A stretch of 64,000 nt of DNA from Actinomycetota bacterium. Lineage in GTDB: Bacteria > Actinomycetota > CADDZG01 > WHSQ01. Positions within the stretch are counted from its first letter, which is position 1, and every line of letters starts with the position of its first letter. The position numbers and the translations under genes are program-made. The stretch lies in the NCBI GenBank assembly GCA_036258555.1, contig DATADL010000250.1, positions 1,226 to 65,225 on the forward strand, read 5' to 3'. Positions 1-8,323 of this stretch are shown in pieces. The notes under the pieces were generated by a model that worked only from the letters and a program-made list of their open reading frames with translations, was not told where the DNA came from and ran no database searches.

Positions 1-2247
1 CCCTTCGACGAGCTACGCCGCGCGATCAATGTCCACCGCGTCGACGTCACTTCCACGGACAGCGGTGCAGACGATCCTGTGGCCTGCGGTGGATCGGGGG
101 CGACGGCGCGCACTTTCTTCGACGCCACGTTCTGTGGCGGTGGAATCCAACGGCTTCTCGTGGTGGACAACGCCACTGCCCTGAGCACTGCAGGCGCCCA
201 AGTGCCTCAATGGGACGTGGTTCTGGTACTCGTCAACTCGACGATCTACGGCGGAGCGGGCGGCGCCGTGGCGACCTTCTCGCTCGCCGCGGGCGCCGAG
301 CAGATCGCACTCCACGAGCTGGGCCACACGGCTTTCGGACTCGCCGACGAGTACGAAACCCTCCGAGGGTGCGCCAGCGGGGAGACCGACCGCAACAACC
401 ATCCGGCTACTGCAGAACTTGCCCAGGCGAATGTCACGATCAACACCGATCGGGCGACCCTGAAGTGGCGCCATCTGGTTCGGGCAGCCACCCGCATCCC
501 GACCACTGAGAACGCAAACTGTGCGCAGTGCGATCCGCAGCCGAGCCCGGTGCCGGCCGGCACCGTCGGTCTCTTCGAAGGAGCCGACTCCTACCACTGC
601 GACGGCTACCGGCCGGAGTTCAACTGCATGATGCGAACTCTCGGCAGCCCCTTCTGCGCAGTCTGCCGCGAGCGGATCTCCGCAGTACTGACGCGGCACC
701 TGCCCGAGGCACTCGAGGACAAGGTCGTCCTCAGCGACAGCAGCGGGCGGGGGCCGGCCCTCGCCTCCCACGATGGGCGCCTGTTCTTGGCCTGGAGGGG
801 ATCGGGCAACCCGCAGCTGAACCTGATGTTCTCCGACGACAACGGGGCGACGTTCCGCGGCAAGAAGGTCTTTGGCGACACCAGCCCCCACAGCCCCGCC
901 CTCGCTTCCCACGGCGGGCGCCTGTTCTTGTCCTGGGCGGGTCGGGGGAACGAGAACCTCCACGTCGCGAAGGTAAGGTTCTTCGCCAATACGGCGGGGG
1001 GATTCGGCATCGACGGGCTAGAGGACAAGGTCGTCCTGAGCGACAGCAGCGGGCGGGGGCCGGCCCTGGCCTCCCACGATGGGCGCCTGTTCTTGGCCTG
1101 GAGGGGATCGGGCAACCGGCAGCTGAACCTGATGTTCTCCGACGACAACGGGGCGACGTTTCGCGGCAAGAAGATCTTGGGCGAAACCAGCCCGCACAGC
1201 CCCGCCCTCGCTTCTCACGGCGGGCGCCTGTTGTTGTCCTGGGCCGGAGAGGGGGACGAGAATCTCAACGTCGCCAAGGTCAGGTTCTTCGCCAATACAG
1301 CCGGGGGATTCGGCATCGACGGGCTAGAGGACAAGGTCATCCTCAGCGACTCCAGCGGGAGCGGGCCGGCCCTGGCCTCGTACCAGCGCTCTCGCTGCCG
1401 GCGCCTGTCCTTGGCCTGGAAGGGATCGGGCAACCCGCAGCTGAACCTGATGTTCTCCGACGACAACGGGGCGACGTTCCGCGGCAAGAGGGTCCTGGGC
1501 GACAGCAGTCCCCACAGCCCCGCCCTCGCTTCCCATGGCGGGCGCCTGTTGTTGTCCTGGGCCGGGGAGGGAGACGAGAACCTCAACGTCGCCAAGGTCA
1601 GGTTGTCGCTGTTGACAGAGATCTTGTGGCCGCGGCGAGTGCTCGCGTCGCACGGCGGCGGTAGCCCCGACGAAGACCCAAGGCGCGTCCTCGGCGACCC
1701 CAATGGAACGGTGTACGTGGTCATACCGGGCGCAGTCACCGGGACGGTCGGCGCGACTTTCGGAGATTTTGGAGAGTCCCGTGGCAGGTACTATCCGCGC
1801 CTCGTCGAGCTGCTGGGCGCGAGCCCTCCCGTGACTCACAACCCCGTGCGGCCGGAGGACTTTGCACGCGCCGACGTCGTGGCCTTCGAGCGCAACGGAC
1901 CAGGCCCGGCGCCGAGCGGAGGCTGGGAGAGGTGCGACTTCGTCTTCACGGACGCCGTCACCAGCGTTTCGGTGAGCGTCGACGACAGCGCCGGCGCGGC
2001 GCTCGACCCACACGTCCTGGGGAACGGCAGCATCACCGGGTCGGCGTACAAGAACTACTTCGGCGTGACGAGCGGCGACCCCATCGCGGACGGCGAGGTC
2101 ATCTCGTTCCTGTTGTTTGCACTGCCAGAGCTGAACAAAGACCACCCGAATTTCACCGTCGAAGTGAGGGGTCGGGCCCCCGGAGAGACGGCGTCCTTTA
2201 CACCTGACATCGATGCCATCGGCCTGCTGCGCTGCGCAGATTTTTGA
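1..2247 (+). CDS. Peptidase M64 (IgA-peptidase-like) zinc metalloprotease fused to three ~102-aa Asp-box repeats plus a C-terminal domain; 5' end lies outside the window
   Basis: The frame of the 79..2247 ORF is open back to nt 1. HELGHTAFGLADEY gives HExxH plus the ADEY signature I recall for family M64. Each repeat carries SDDNGATF (SxDxGxTF Asp-box/BNR-like). Confidence 0.8.
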   Translation, partial: PFDELRRAINVHRVDVTSTDSGADDPVACGGSGATARTFFDATFCGGGIQRLLVVDNATALSTAGAQVPQWDVVLVLVNSTIYGGAGGAVATFSLAAGAEQIALHELGHTAFGLADEYETLRGCASGETDRNNHPATAELAQANVTINTDRATLKWRHLVRAATRIPTTENANCAQCDPQPSPVPAGTVGLFEGADSYHCDGYRPEFNCMMRTLGSPFCAVCRERISAVLTRHLPEALEDKVVLSDSSGRGPALASHDGRLFLAWRGSGNPQLNLMFSDDNGATFRGKKVFGDTSPHSPALASHGGRLFLSWAGRGNENLHVAKVRFFANTAGGFGIDGLEDKVVLSDSSGRGPALASHDGRLFLAWRGSGNRQLNLMFSDDNGATFRGKKILGETSPHSPALASHGGRLLLSWAGEGDENLNVAKVRFFANTAGGFGIDGLEDKVILSDSSGSGPALASYQRSRCRRLSLAWKGSGNPQLNLMFSDDNGATFRGKRVLGDSSPHSPALASHGGRLLLSWAGEGDENLNVAKVRLSLLTEILWPRRVLASHGGGSPDEDPRRVLGDPNGTVYVVIPGAVTGTVGATFGDFGESRGRYYPRLVELLGASPPVTHNPVRPEDFARADVVAFERNGPGPAPSGGWERCDFVFTDAVTSVSVSVDDSAGAALDPHVLGNGSITGSAYKNYFGVTSGDPIADGEVISFLLFALPELNKDHPNFTVEVRGRAPGETASFTPDIDAIGLLRCADF
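712..1604 (+). repeat. Three near-identical in-frame tandem repeats with a 306-nt period (copies start at 712, 1018 and 1324); the third copy carries a 12-nt insertion and diverges after 1604
   Basis: Direct comparison of nucleotides and peptides: LEDKVVLSDSSGRGPALASHDGRLFLAWRGSGN.QLNLMFSDDNGATFRGKK... occurs three times. Confidence 0.9.
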
Positions 2248-2358
2248 CGAGAGGGGCCTGGTCTCCTTCGGCAGCAGCCGACCCGTCGCGCTGCGAGAAG
2301 ACTCTCAGGCCGCGCCCCGAGAGTCTTCTCGCTCGCCTTGCCGGTCGGCTGTTCCTCG

Positions 2359-2949
2359 CTAGTTCAGACGTTCGAACTTCAGGCGATCCACGACGACCGT
2401 CCCGTAGGCCGTGGTGTTCGTCAGGTTCGCGCGGACGTGCACGTCGACGGCGCCCGTGCTCGACGGCAGTTGGTACGACTTCTGGATCGTCTGGAACCCC
2501 GTCCCGGTTGCACACAGGAACGCGTTCCGCTCGCCCAGGAACGTCCCGCCGACGCTCGTGTACGCGTGGATCGTGAGCCTCGCCCGGAAGTCGCAGATGT
2601 TGTTCTGCGTCACGTTCTGCAGCTTCACGTCTGCCGTCGCCTCGTAGGTCTGGTTCGGACTCGCGCTGAAGTTCTTGTACATGCCGGCGTCGCCGGTGTT
2701 GTCCGCCTCCTGCTTGATCTTGAAGTACTGATGGTTGTCCTGCGTCCACAGGTCGCGCTCGTTGCTGGAGAAGTCGTTCGTGCCCTGCAGATAGCGGTCG
2801 TCGACCCCGTCGGCGTCGCCTCCGTCCGTGAACAAGTCGTGGTTGAAGATCACGCCGATGCTGGGATCCGCAGTGGCCGGAGAAGCCAGGGCGGCGACCA
2901 GCACTGCCAGGATCGCGATCGCGGTCGATCGCCTGATCACATGCGTCAT
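2359..2949 (-). CDS. Secreted hypothetical protein, possibly a jelly-roll/carbohydrate-binding-module-like fold
   Basis: N-terminal signal peptide (AIAILAVLVAALASPATA). Asn/Thr/Gln/Tyr-rich composition unlike its neighbours. Clean ORF with an ATG start at 2949. Confidence 0.7.
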   Translation of the reverse strand: MTHVIRRSTAIAILAVLVAALASPATADPSIGVIFNHDLFTDGGDADGVDDRYLQGTNDFSSNERDLWTQDNHQYFKIKQEADNTGDAGMYKNFSASPNQTYEATADVKLQNVTQNNICDFRARLTIHAYTSVGGTFLGERNAFLCATGTGFQTIQKSYQLPSSTGAVDVHVRANLTNTTAYGTVVVDRLKFERLN

Positions 2950-3133
2950 GATGCAACTCGTTTCTCTCGCGCGTTGACGAGCGTAATGAAGCGGTTGACA
3001 GCTCTACGCCTCCGGTTCGAGGCGGTCACACCGCGCGATGCACCTGCTAGTACATGTCCCCGTCAAGAGAACGGTCAAGAGGGTTACGGAGATCCTGGCT
3101 CCAACCGGCCGTGGCACTCGCGCCCGCAATGGA

Positions 3134-4696
3134 TCACCGCTGGCAACCGTGCGACCCGGGCGCGACGTCGCGGGTCTCACCCCCACGCACGGAGACGCAA
3201 TCGCGAGTTCCGTCGGGCCAGAGCACCTCGACCGTCGCGGTCTCTCGAAGCCCAAGCCCGAAGTGGACAGGGTTGGTCTGAGATTGGCTCGTGAACGCCA
3301 CGCCGTCCGTCACCTGATGCCAGCGCCGGAGGTCGTCGCTTCTCAACAAGAGGCGGGCGCCATAGGCATACGGGTTCTTCGGCCCGCCCAGCAGCCTCAC
3401 CGCGACCCAATTGCCTGCGACGGTCCGATTCGCGAGCAGCATCGACCGGCCAAAGACGTCGAGGTACCCGTTCGTGACGAACAGATCCATCGCACCATCC
3501 CCGTCGAAGTCCGCGACCGAAGCGGAGTCCCCGTTGCCCCGGCTCGGTCCGCCGAGTGACGGCACAGCGGTCCTGACGAGTCTCCCTGCGGTGTTCAGCC
3601 ACAGCGAGTCCTCGTGGTTACGGGCGCCGGGGCGGGGGGGATCGCCGGTCGCGCCCTCCACCAGGAAGAGGTCGAGGTCCCCGTCGTTCTCCACGTCCAG
3701 CCACTGCGCCACCCGTCCCGCGCGCAGTCGCGTGTCGATCGTCACGGTCGTCTCCGCGCGTCCGCGCCGCAGGACGAGCAATCGTTCCTCGGATACGAGC
3801 GCCAGGTCGGGGTACGCATCGGACGCGAGCTCCCCCCACGATGCCGACAACCAGGAACGGCCCGTGACGCGCGGCAGGTCGATCTCGTGAAAGGTCCCGC
3901 CTCGGTTCTCGTACGCGCGAGACCCGACGAACCCATGACCCAGGACCAACAGGTCGGGATCGCCGTCCACGTCCCAATCGCTCCAGGTAGAGCTCCTGGT
4001 CGCGATCTCCGACGACGCTTCGGATTCCACCGCGACGAAGCCGTCACCGGTGTTCTCGTACAGGCGGTTCGGAACCCCGCTCCTGATCTCGTTCGCGACG
4101 TACAGATCGAGGTCCTCGTCCGAGTCGTAGTCCAGCCAGTGGACCGACCGCGCGCGACCTAGTGGGTCGTCCACCCGAAGGTCGCGGGCATGGTCGGCCA
4201 GGCCCCCGTTCGCGGAGAGCCACAGCCTGTTGGGTCCGGAGCCCTGTCCGTCCTGCGCCCCCGAGCCACAGTAGAGATCGGGAAGGCCGTCGCCGTCGGC
4301 TTCGCCCCAGGCGCAACCGTGCCTGTCGTAGATGAGCCTCCCCGGGGCGGGCTCGTTGAGAGACGACTCCATCTCCAGCCCCCGCTCGAACGTGGCTCCG
4401 GAGCTCGTGAAGTAGCGCGCATGTCTCTTGTGGCGGTTGATCAGCAGATCGGGCGACCCGTCCAGATCCGCGTCCACGAAAGTGGATCCCCAGCTCGGGG
4501 TCGCCGGCAGATCCAAACCGACGCGCTTCGTCACGGGGACGAAAGTGATGCGACCCGGGGATCCGGCGATCGGAGGAGGGGTGGGCGGCTCGGGCGACGA
4601 TCCGGTGCACGCCGCCGCACTCGAGACCGCCAACAACATCACGGGGGCAAGAGCTCTAATGCGCACGAAGGGGACCGACCTCGCGTCAGCCGTCAC
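3134..4696 (-). CDS. FG-GAP/VCBS-repeat lipoprotein with a C-terminal ASPIC/UnbV-like domain (CRTAC1-like family)
   Basis: Lipobox-like AVSSAAAC. Repeated DxDGDGxxDL motifs (DADLDGSPDLL, EADGDGLPDLY, DVDGDPDLL, DFDGDGAMDLF). The tail resembles ASPIC/UnbV. The start may lie slightly downstream. Confidence 0.75.
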   Translation of the reverse strand: MTADARSVPFVRIRALAPVMLLAVSSAAACTGSSPEPPTPPPIAGSPGRITFVPVTKRVGLDLPATPSWGSTFVDADLDGSPDLLINRHKRHARYFTSSGATFERGLEMESSLNEPAPGRLIYDRHGCAWGEADGDGLPDLYCGSGAQDGQGSGPNRLWLSANGGLADHARDLRVDDPLGRARSVHWLDYDSDEDLDLYVANEIRSGVPNRLYENTGDGFVAVESEASSEIATRSSTWSDWDVDGDPDLLVLGHGFVGSRAYENRGGTFHEIDLPRVTGRSWLSASWGELASDAYPDLALVSEERLLVLRRGRAETTVTIDTRLRAGRVAQWLDVENDGDLDLFLVEGATGDPPRPGARNHEDSLWLNTAGRLVRTAVPSLGGPSRGNGDSASVADFDGDGAMDLFVTNGYLDVFGRSMLLANRTVAGNWVAVRLLGGPKNPYAYGARLLLRSDDLRRWHQVTDGVAFTSQSQTNPVHFGLGLRETATVEVLWPDGTRDCVSVRGGETRDVAPGSHGCQR

Positions 4697-6308
4697 GCGA
4701 GCACGCTTTCAGCTCCGAGTAGGTGAGCGCGGTCGAGAAGACGTTCTTCTCCCGCTCTGCAGCGGGCGGTTGGTCGTCCGGCGCGTTGTCGCCGATCGTG
4801 TAGGCGCGCAGATACTCGGCCACGTCGGCTCGCTCGAAACCCGCGTCCGCGAGAACGGCCTCGTCGAGGAGCAGCTGGAACCCGCGATTCGCCAGCACGA
4901 CCTCCTCGCCGTCGGGGCTGAACCGTCGATTGACGTCCCTCGTGACCTCGGCGACGTCGATCGGCCATCCCCCTCTCGTCTCGGGATAGGGCGCCATCCC
5001 GTGGTCGGCCGTCAGCGCGAGGACGTAGCGTCCCCTCCCGACCAGCTCGTCCAACGCGCGCACCAGTCGCCCGAGCTCGGCGTCCTGTTGCTCGAGGTTC
5101 TCGCGGACCTGGGGCTCTTCCATGTTCCATGCGTGACCCGCCAGATCGGTGCTCTTGTAGTTCGTGAAGAAGAGATCCGCGACGGAATCCGATCCGAAGC
5201 CTTCCCGGCGCAGCAACTGGACGATCTTGTCGGTCTGCAGGATGTTCCACGGAGGCATCGCGCGGATCAAACCGTCCTGAGGGTTGAGCGGGGTGCCGAG
5301 CCACATCCCGTCGGCCAACCCGTCTCGACCGTCTACCTCGGCGATAGCGGCCTCGAGACCCGATACGTCGTGTACGTATCCCGGAAGCCGGTAGAAGTCG
5401 TGGTTCGTCGTGAAAGAGGTAGGAGTCGAGAGATCGTCCAGAACCGCGATGTCCTTGTCGCCCTCCACCTGGGACCCGTGGCCGATCATGCCTACGTGCC
5501 AGAAATCGTGTGCGACGACGGCGACCTCCGCACGATCACGGTTCGCAGAGTCCCAGAGGTCCGCAAGTGCCCGCTTCTCGAGCAGGCGAGGCGAACCGTC
5601 CTCCCACGGATCGACGACGACGCCCTCGAGCTGGATCTTCACGTCCGGAAGCCCGTGCGTCGCGGCGAAGAACCCCGTGCCCAGCGTCGCGTGGACGGCA
5701 GGCGTGACCGACGGCGACGACCCGGCGGTCGCTTTCGTGTACGTGGTCCCGCGCCTCTGCAGGTCGCGCAGATTGGGCCACGCTCGAGACCATCGCCGGA
5801 GGACGTTGGTCCCCGCTCCGTCCCAGACCACCGTCACGATCAGGCGCGGAGCGGAATCGGTCCCTTCGACCAAGGCCTCGTCCAGCACGCGGCCATCGCG
5901 CTCTGGGAACCGGTGGAACCGGAGAAGCCGTGCGTAGGTCGGAGCGATGTCGGCGATCGTGACCGAACGAGAGGAACGGACTCCCGCTCGGATGTGTCCC
6001 GGGCCGAATAGGACCAGCGGAATGCGCTGCGTGAAACCCCACGGCGTGGAATGGATGGTGCCGAGCTGGTTCGGCGCATCCTCCACCATCACTACGTCGC
6101 CGGAGCGCCCCGCGAAGTACCCACGCATAACCCTTCCGAGAATCCGTGGGGGGACGTCGCACTTCGGCGACGAGCCGGCATCGGCGTGAACCGGCGGCAC
6201 GGCGACGCCCTGCCGCCGTCTACGCCCCGCCTCCTCGTTGCTCGACGCGTATACGGCGGCTACGGCCATCGAGAGGATCGCCAGGGCACCCGCGACGTAT
6301 GGTCTCAC
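4686..6308 (-). CDS. Alkaline-phosphatase-superfamily protein (type I phosphodiesterase/nucleotide pyrophosphatase-like), membrane-anchored and extracytoplasmic
   Basis: N-terminal hydrophobic anchor. Motifs SSPSVTPAVHATLGTG and LTADHGM are typical of the AP superfamily metal/nucleophile sites. Confidence 0.7.
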   Translation of the reverse strand: MRPYVAGALAILSMAVAAVYASSNEEAGRRRRQGVAVPPVHADAGSSPKCDVPPRILGRVMRGYFAGRSGDVVMVEDAPNQLGTIHSTPWGFTQRIPLVLFGPGHIRAGVRSSRSVTIADIAPTYARLLRFHRFPERDGRVLDEALVEGTDSAPRLIVTVVWDGAGTNVLRRWSRAWPNLRDLQRRGTTYTKATAGSSPSVTPAVHATLGTGFFAATHGLPDVKIQLEGVVVDPWEDGSPRLLEKRALADLWDSANRDRAEVAVVAHDFWHVGMIGHGSQVEGDKDIAVLDDLSTPTSFTTNHDFYRLPGYVHDVSGLEAAIAEVDGRDGLADGMWLGTPLNPQDGLIRAMPPWNILQTDKIVQLLRREGFGSDSVADLFFTNYKSTDLAGHAWNMEEPQVRENLEQQDAELGRLVRALDELVGRGRYVLALTADHGMAPYPETRGGWPIDVAEVTRDVNRRFSPDGEEVVLANRGFQLLLDEAVLADAGFERADVAEYLRAYTIGDNAPDDQPPAAEREKNVFSTALTYSELKACSRDG

Positions 6309-6461
6309 GCAATCCTCAGCCTTGATCCGAGGTCGGTTGTGAACGTCGCAGAGATTACCTACGTGGTCGACGTGAGCTCACCGCTCGGCCCGTCTGCAAG
6401 AAGTCCGCGAGAGTGGTCTCCCACAACGCCGATCGGAGCGGCCGGGCGCGGCCGCCGACCG

Positions 6462-6475
6462 CGGAGTACACTCCG
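6462..6475. promoter_or_regulatory. Short palindrome CGGAGT-AC-ACTCCG about 40 nt upstream of the first precursor gene (candidate operator or 5'-UTR hairpin)
   Basis: 6-bp arms are exact reverse complements. Lies in the 200-nt divergent intergenic region. Confidence 0.25.
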
Positions 6476-6512
6476 GGCAAACCGGGGATAACGGGCGACT
6501 CGGGAGGTGCCC

Positions 6513-6716
6513 ATGGCGGCTCGTGGGGGGCGCGGCAAACTCTCGTTGCACAAAGAGACTCTGCGCGCGCTGCAGGACGTCGATCTCGACGCGGTTGTCG
6601 GCGGAGGAGGCGCCACGATCACGTGCGAGCCGGCGACGATCGAGACGGCTGTTCGCACCGTGTGCGACCCACCCCCGTGGGTCAGCACCAGCCCACCCAC
6701 CCACATGTGTCAGTAA
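6513..6716 (+). CDS. RiPP (lanthipeptide-like) precursor peptide A, 67 aa
   Basis: GGGAGG RBS 5 nt before the ATG at 6513. Leader KLSLHKETLRALQDVDLDAVVGG ends in Gly-Gly. The 36-aa core GGATITCEPATIETAVRTVCDPPPWVSTSPPTHMCQ has 3 Cys and 9 Ser/Thr. Sits directly upstream of LanC. Confidence 0.7.
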   Translation: MAARGGRGKLSLHKETLRALQDVDLDAVVGGGGATITCEPATIETAVRTVCDPPPWVSTSPPTHMCQ

Positions 6717-6745
6717 CTCGATCTAGGGGACGCGAGGAGGTGGAA

Positions 6746-6922
6746 GTGGGGAACGAGATCAAGAAGCTCACGCTGGTCAAGGAGACGCTGCGCGACCTGA
6801 ACGAGCGCGAGCTGAAACGCGCCGCCGGCGGATACAGGGAGGTGCTCCCGCCGCCGACCGGGTGCGAGAACACCGGCATCATCTGCGAGTACTCCGAACG
6901 GACCTGTTGCTTCTCGGTCTGA
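6746..6922 (+). CDS. RiPP (lanthipeptide-like) precursor peptide B, 58 aa
   Basis: Hidden in the tail of track ORF 6413..6922. GAGGAGG RBS 5 nt before the GTG at 6746. Leader KLTLVKETLRDLNERELKRAAGG is paralogous to the leader of A. The 29-aa core YREVLPPPTGCENTGIICEYSERTCCFSV has 4 Cys and 5 Ser/Thr. Confidence 0.7.
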   Translation: MGNEIKKLTLVKETLRDLNERELKRAAGGYREVLPPPTGCENTGIICEYSERTCCFSV

Positions 6923-6997
6923 GAGCCGTCGGGTAAGGCGGGCGGCTCGACCGCTCGCCTTATCCCTCGTGTCGCGGCGTCGTGTCATCGTGACCCG

Positions 6998-8278
6998 GTG
7001 ACGACAACGTGGAGACCGCTGCTCGAAGGGCGGGCCGCGGCCAGAGCGGACGACGCCGTGACCGGCATCCTCGCCGCGCTGGAGCAACCACCTCGCGCAA
7101 GCGATCGCGACGACGTCGACGATGTTCAGCAACGGATAGACGAGCTGTCCTTGGCGCGGGGACGCGCGGGCTACGCGCTCTTGCTCGGTTCCAAAGCCTT
7201 GCTCGACGACGACCGAGACACCGAAGCGCGGTGCGCGGCCCTTCTCGGCGAGGCGATCGACGGCCTCGCGACGGTGCCGATGGGTCCTTCGTTGTTCATG
7301 GGTTTCTCGGGCGTCGCATGGGTCGCGGACGTCCTGGACCGGGCGTTGTTCCGTTCTCGCGAGGACCCGAACGAGGCGATCGACGAGGCCCTGGTCGCGT
7401 TGCTCGAGAGCGGGGACGTCCGAGGCTTCGACCTGATCAGCGGTCTCGTCGGGCTCGGCGTGTACCTGCTCCAGAGACTCCCGCGTCCCGCCGCCGTCGC
7501 GGGCTTGCAGCGAATCGTCGAGCTGCTCCGTCTCCGCGGCCGCGGCGCCCCCGACGGCGTCTCGTGGTTCGTCGCGGCCGAGGAGTTGCCGGCGGGGACG
7601 CGTGAGGTCTTCCGCAAGGGTTACTTCAACCTGGGGATGGCCCACGGGTGCGCCGGAGTGATCGCGCTGACGGCCGGCGTCGTCAGGAACGGCGTAGCGG
7701 TCGCCGGGGCCCGGGAGCTCCTCGACGAAGCCGTCTCGTGGCTGCTCGCACGCGAGACCCGCGACGCCGAGGATTCGGTGTTCCCTGCCGTGATCGGACC
7801 GGACGGCCGCGCCGACCCCGGCCGGACCGCGTGGTGCTACGGCGATCCGGGCGTCGCCGCGGCTCTCGCGCTAGCGGCGTCGGCCACGGGCGAACGGACC
7901 TGGCGCGCCGAGGCCCACAGGATCGCTCTCGGCGTCGCCCGACGCCCGGAACAGCGGTGCGGCGTTCGGGACGCGTGCCTCTGCCACGGATCTGCAGGCC
8001 TCGCCCACATCCTCAACCGTCTCGCGGTCGAGCTCGAGGACGAGGAGCTCGCCGACGCCGCTCGCAAGTGGTTCGACAGGACGCTGGACATGAGAGCCCC
8101 CGGCACCGGAGTCGGTGGGTTCCGGACCTACCGGGCGGGCCGGGACGCCGACGCGCGCTGGATCGACCATCCGGGCCTTCTCGCCGGATCGACCGGGATC
8201 GCACTGGCGCTGCTCTCGGCGATCCGTGACGACCCCCCGGTCTGGGACGGCGCGCTCCTGCTGTCCCACCCTGCGTAG
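6998..8278 (+). CDS. lanC: LanC-family lanthionine synthetase (cyclase) component, stand-alone
   Basis: All three LanC zinc/acid-base motifs are present: GMAHGCAG (GxAHG), TAWCYGDPG (WCxG) and LCHGSAGL (CHG). The size (426 aa) is typical of class I cyclases. Confidence 0.85.
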   Translation: MTTTWRPLLEGRAAARADDAVTGILAALEQPPRASDRDDVDDVQQRIDELSLARGRAGYALLLGSKALLDDDRDTEARCAALLGEAIDGLATVPMGPSLFMGFSGVAWVADVLDRALFRSREDPNEAIDEALVALLESGDVRGFDLISGLVGLGVYLLQRLPRPAAVAGLQRIVELLRLRGRGAPDGVSWFVAAEELPAGTREVFRKGYFNLGMAHGCAGVIALTAGVVRNGVAVAGARELLDEAVSWLLARETRDAEDSVFPAVIGPDGRADPGRTAWCYGDPGVAAALALAASATGERTWRAEAHRIALGVARRPEQRCGVRDACLCHGSAGLAHILNRLAVELEDEELADAARKWFDRTLDMRAPGTGVGGFRTYRAGRDADARWIDHPGLLAGSTGIALALLSAIRDDPPVWDGALLLSHPA

Positions 8279-8323
8279 ATGCGGGCGGGGTGAACCGGCG
8301 TCTCCGAACGAGCGTCTAAACGA

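Noticed and set aside
3005-3030. tRNA-like T-arm string (cgcctccggttcgaggcg)
   Set aside because: It is just a 6-bp hairpin with a 6-nt loop. No acceptor, D or anticodon arms can be built around it. At most it is a weak terminator for gene 3134..4696.
4686-6308. The alkaline-phosphatase-family gene as a hidden phospho-elimination-type dehydratase for the RiPP locus
   Set aside because: It is on the opposite strand. It carries an N-terminal membrane anchor that places it outside the cytoplasm. It has no kinase or lyase motifs. There is no support for a link beyond adjacency.
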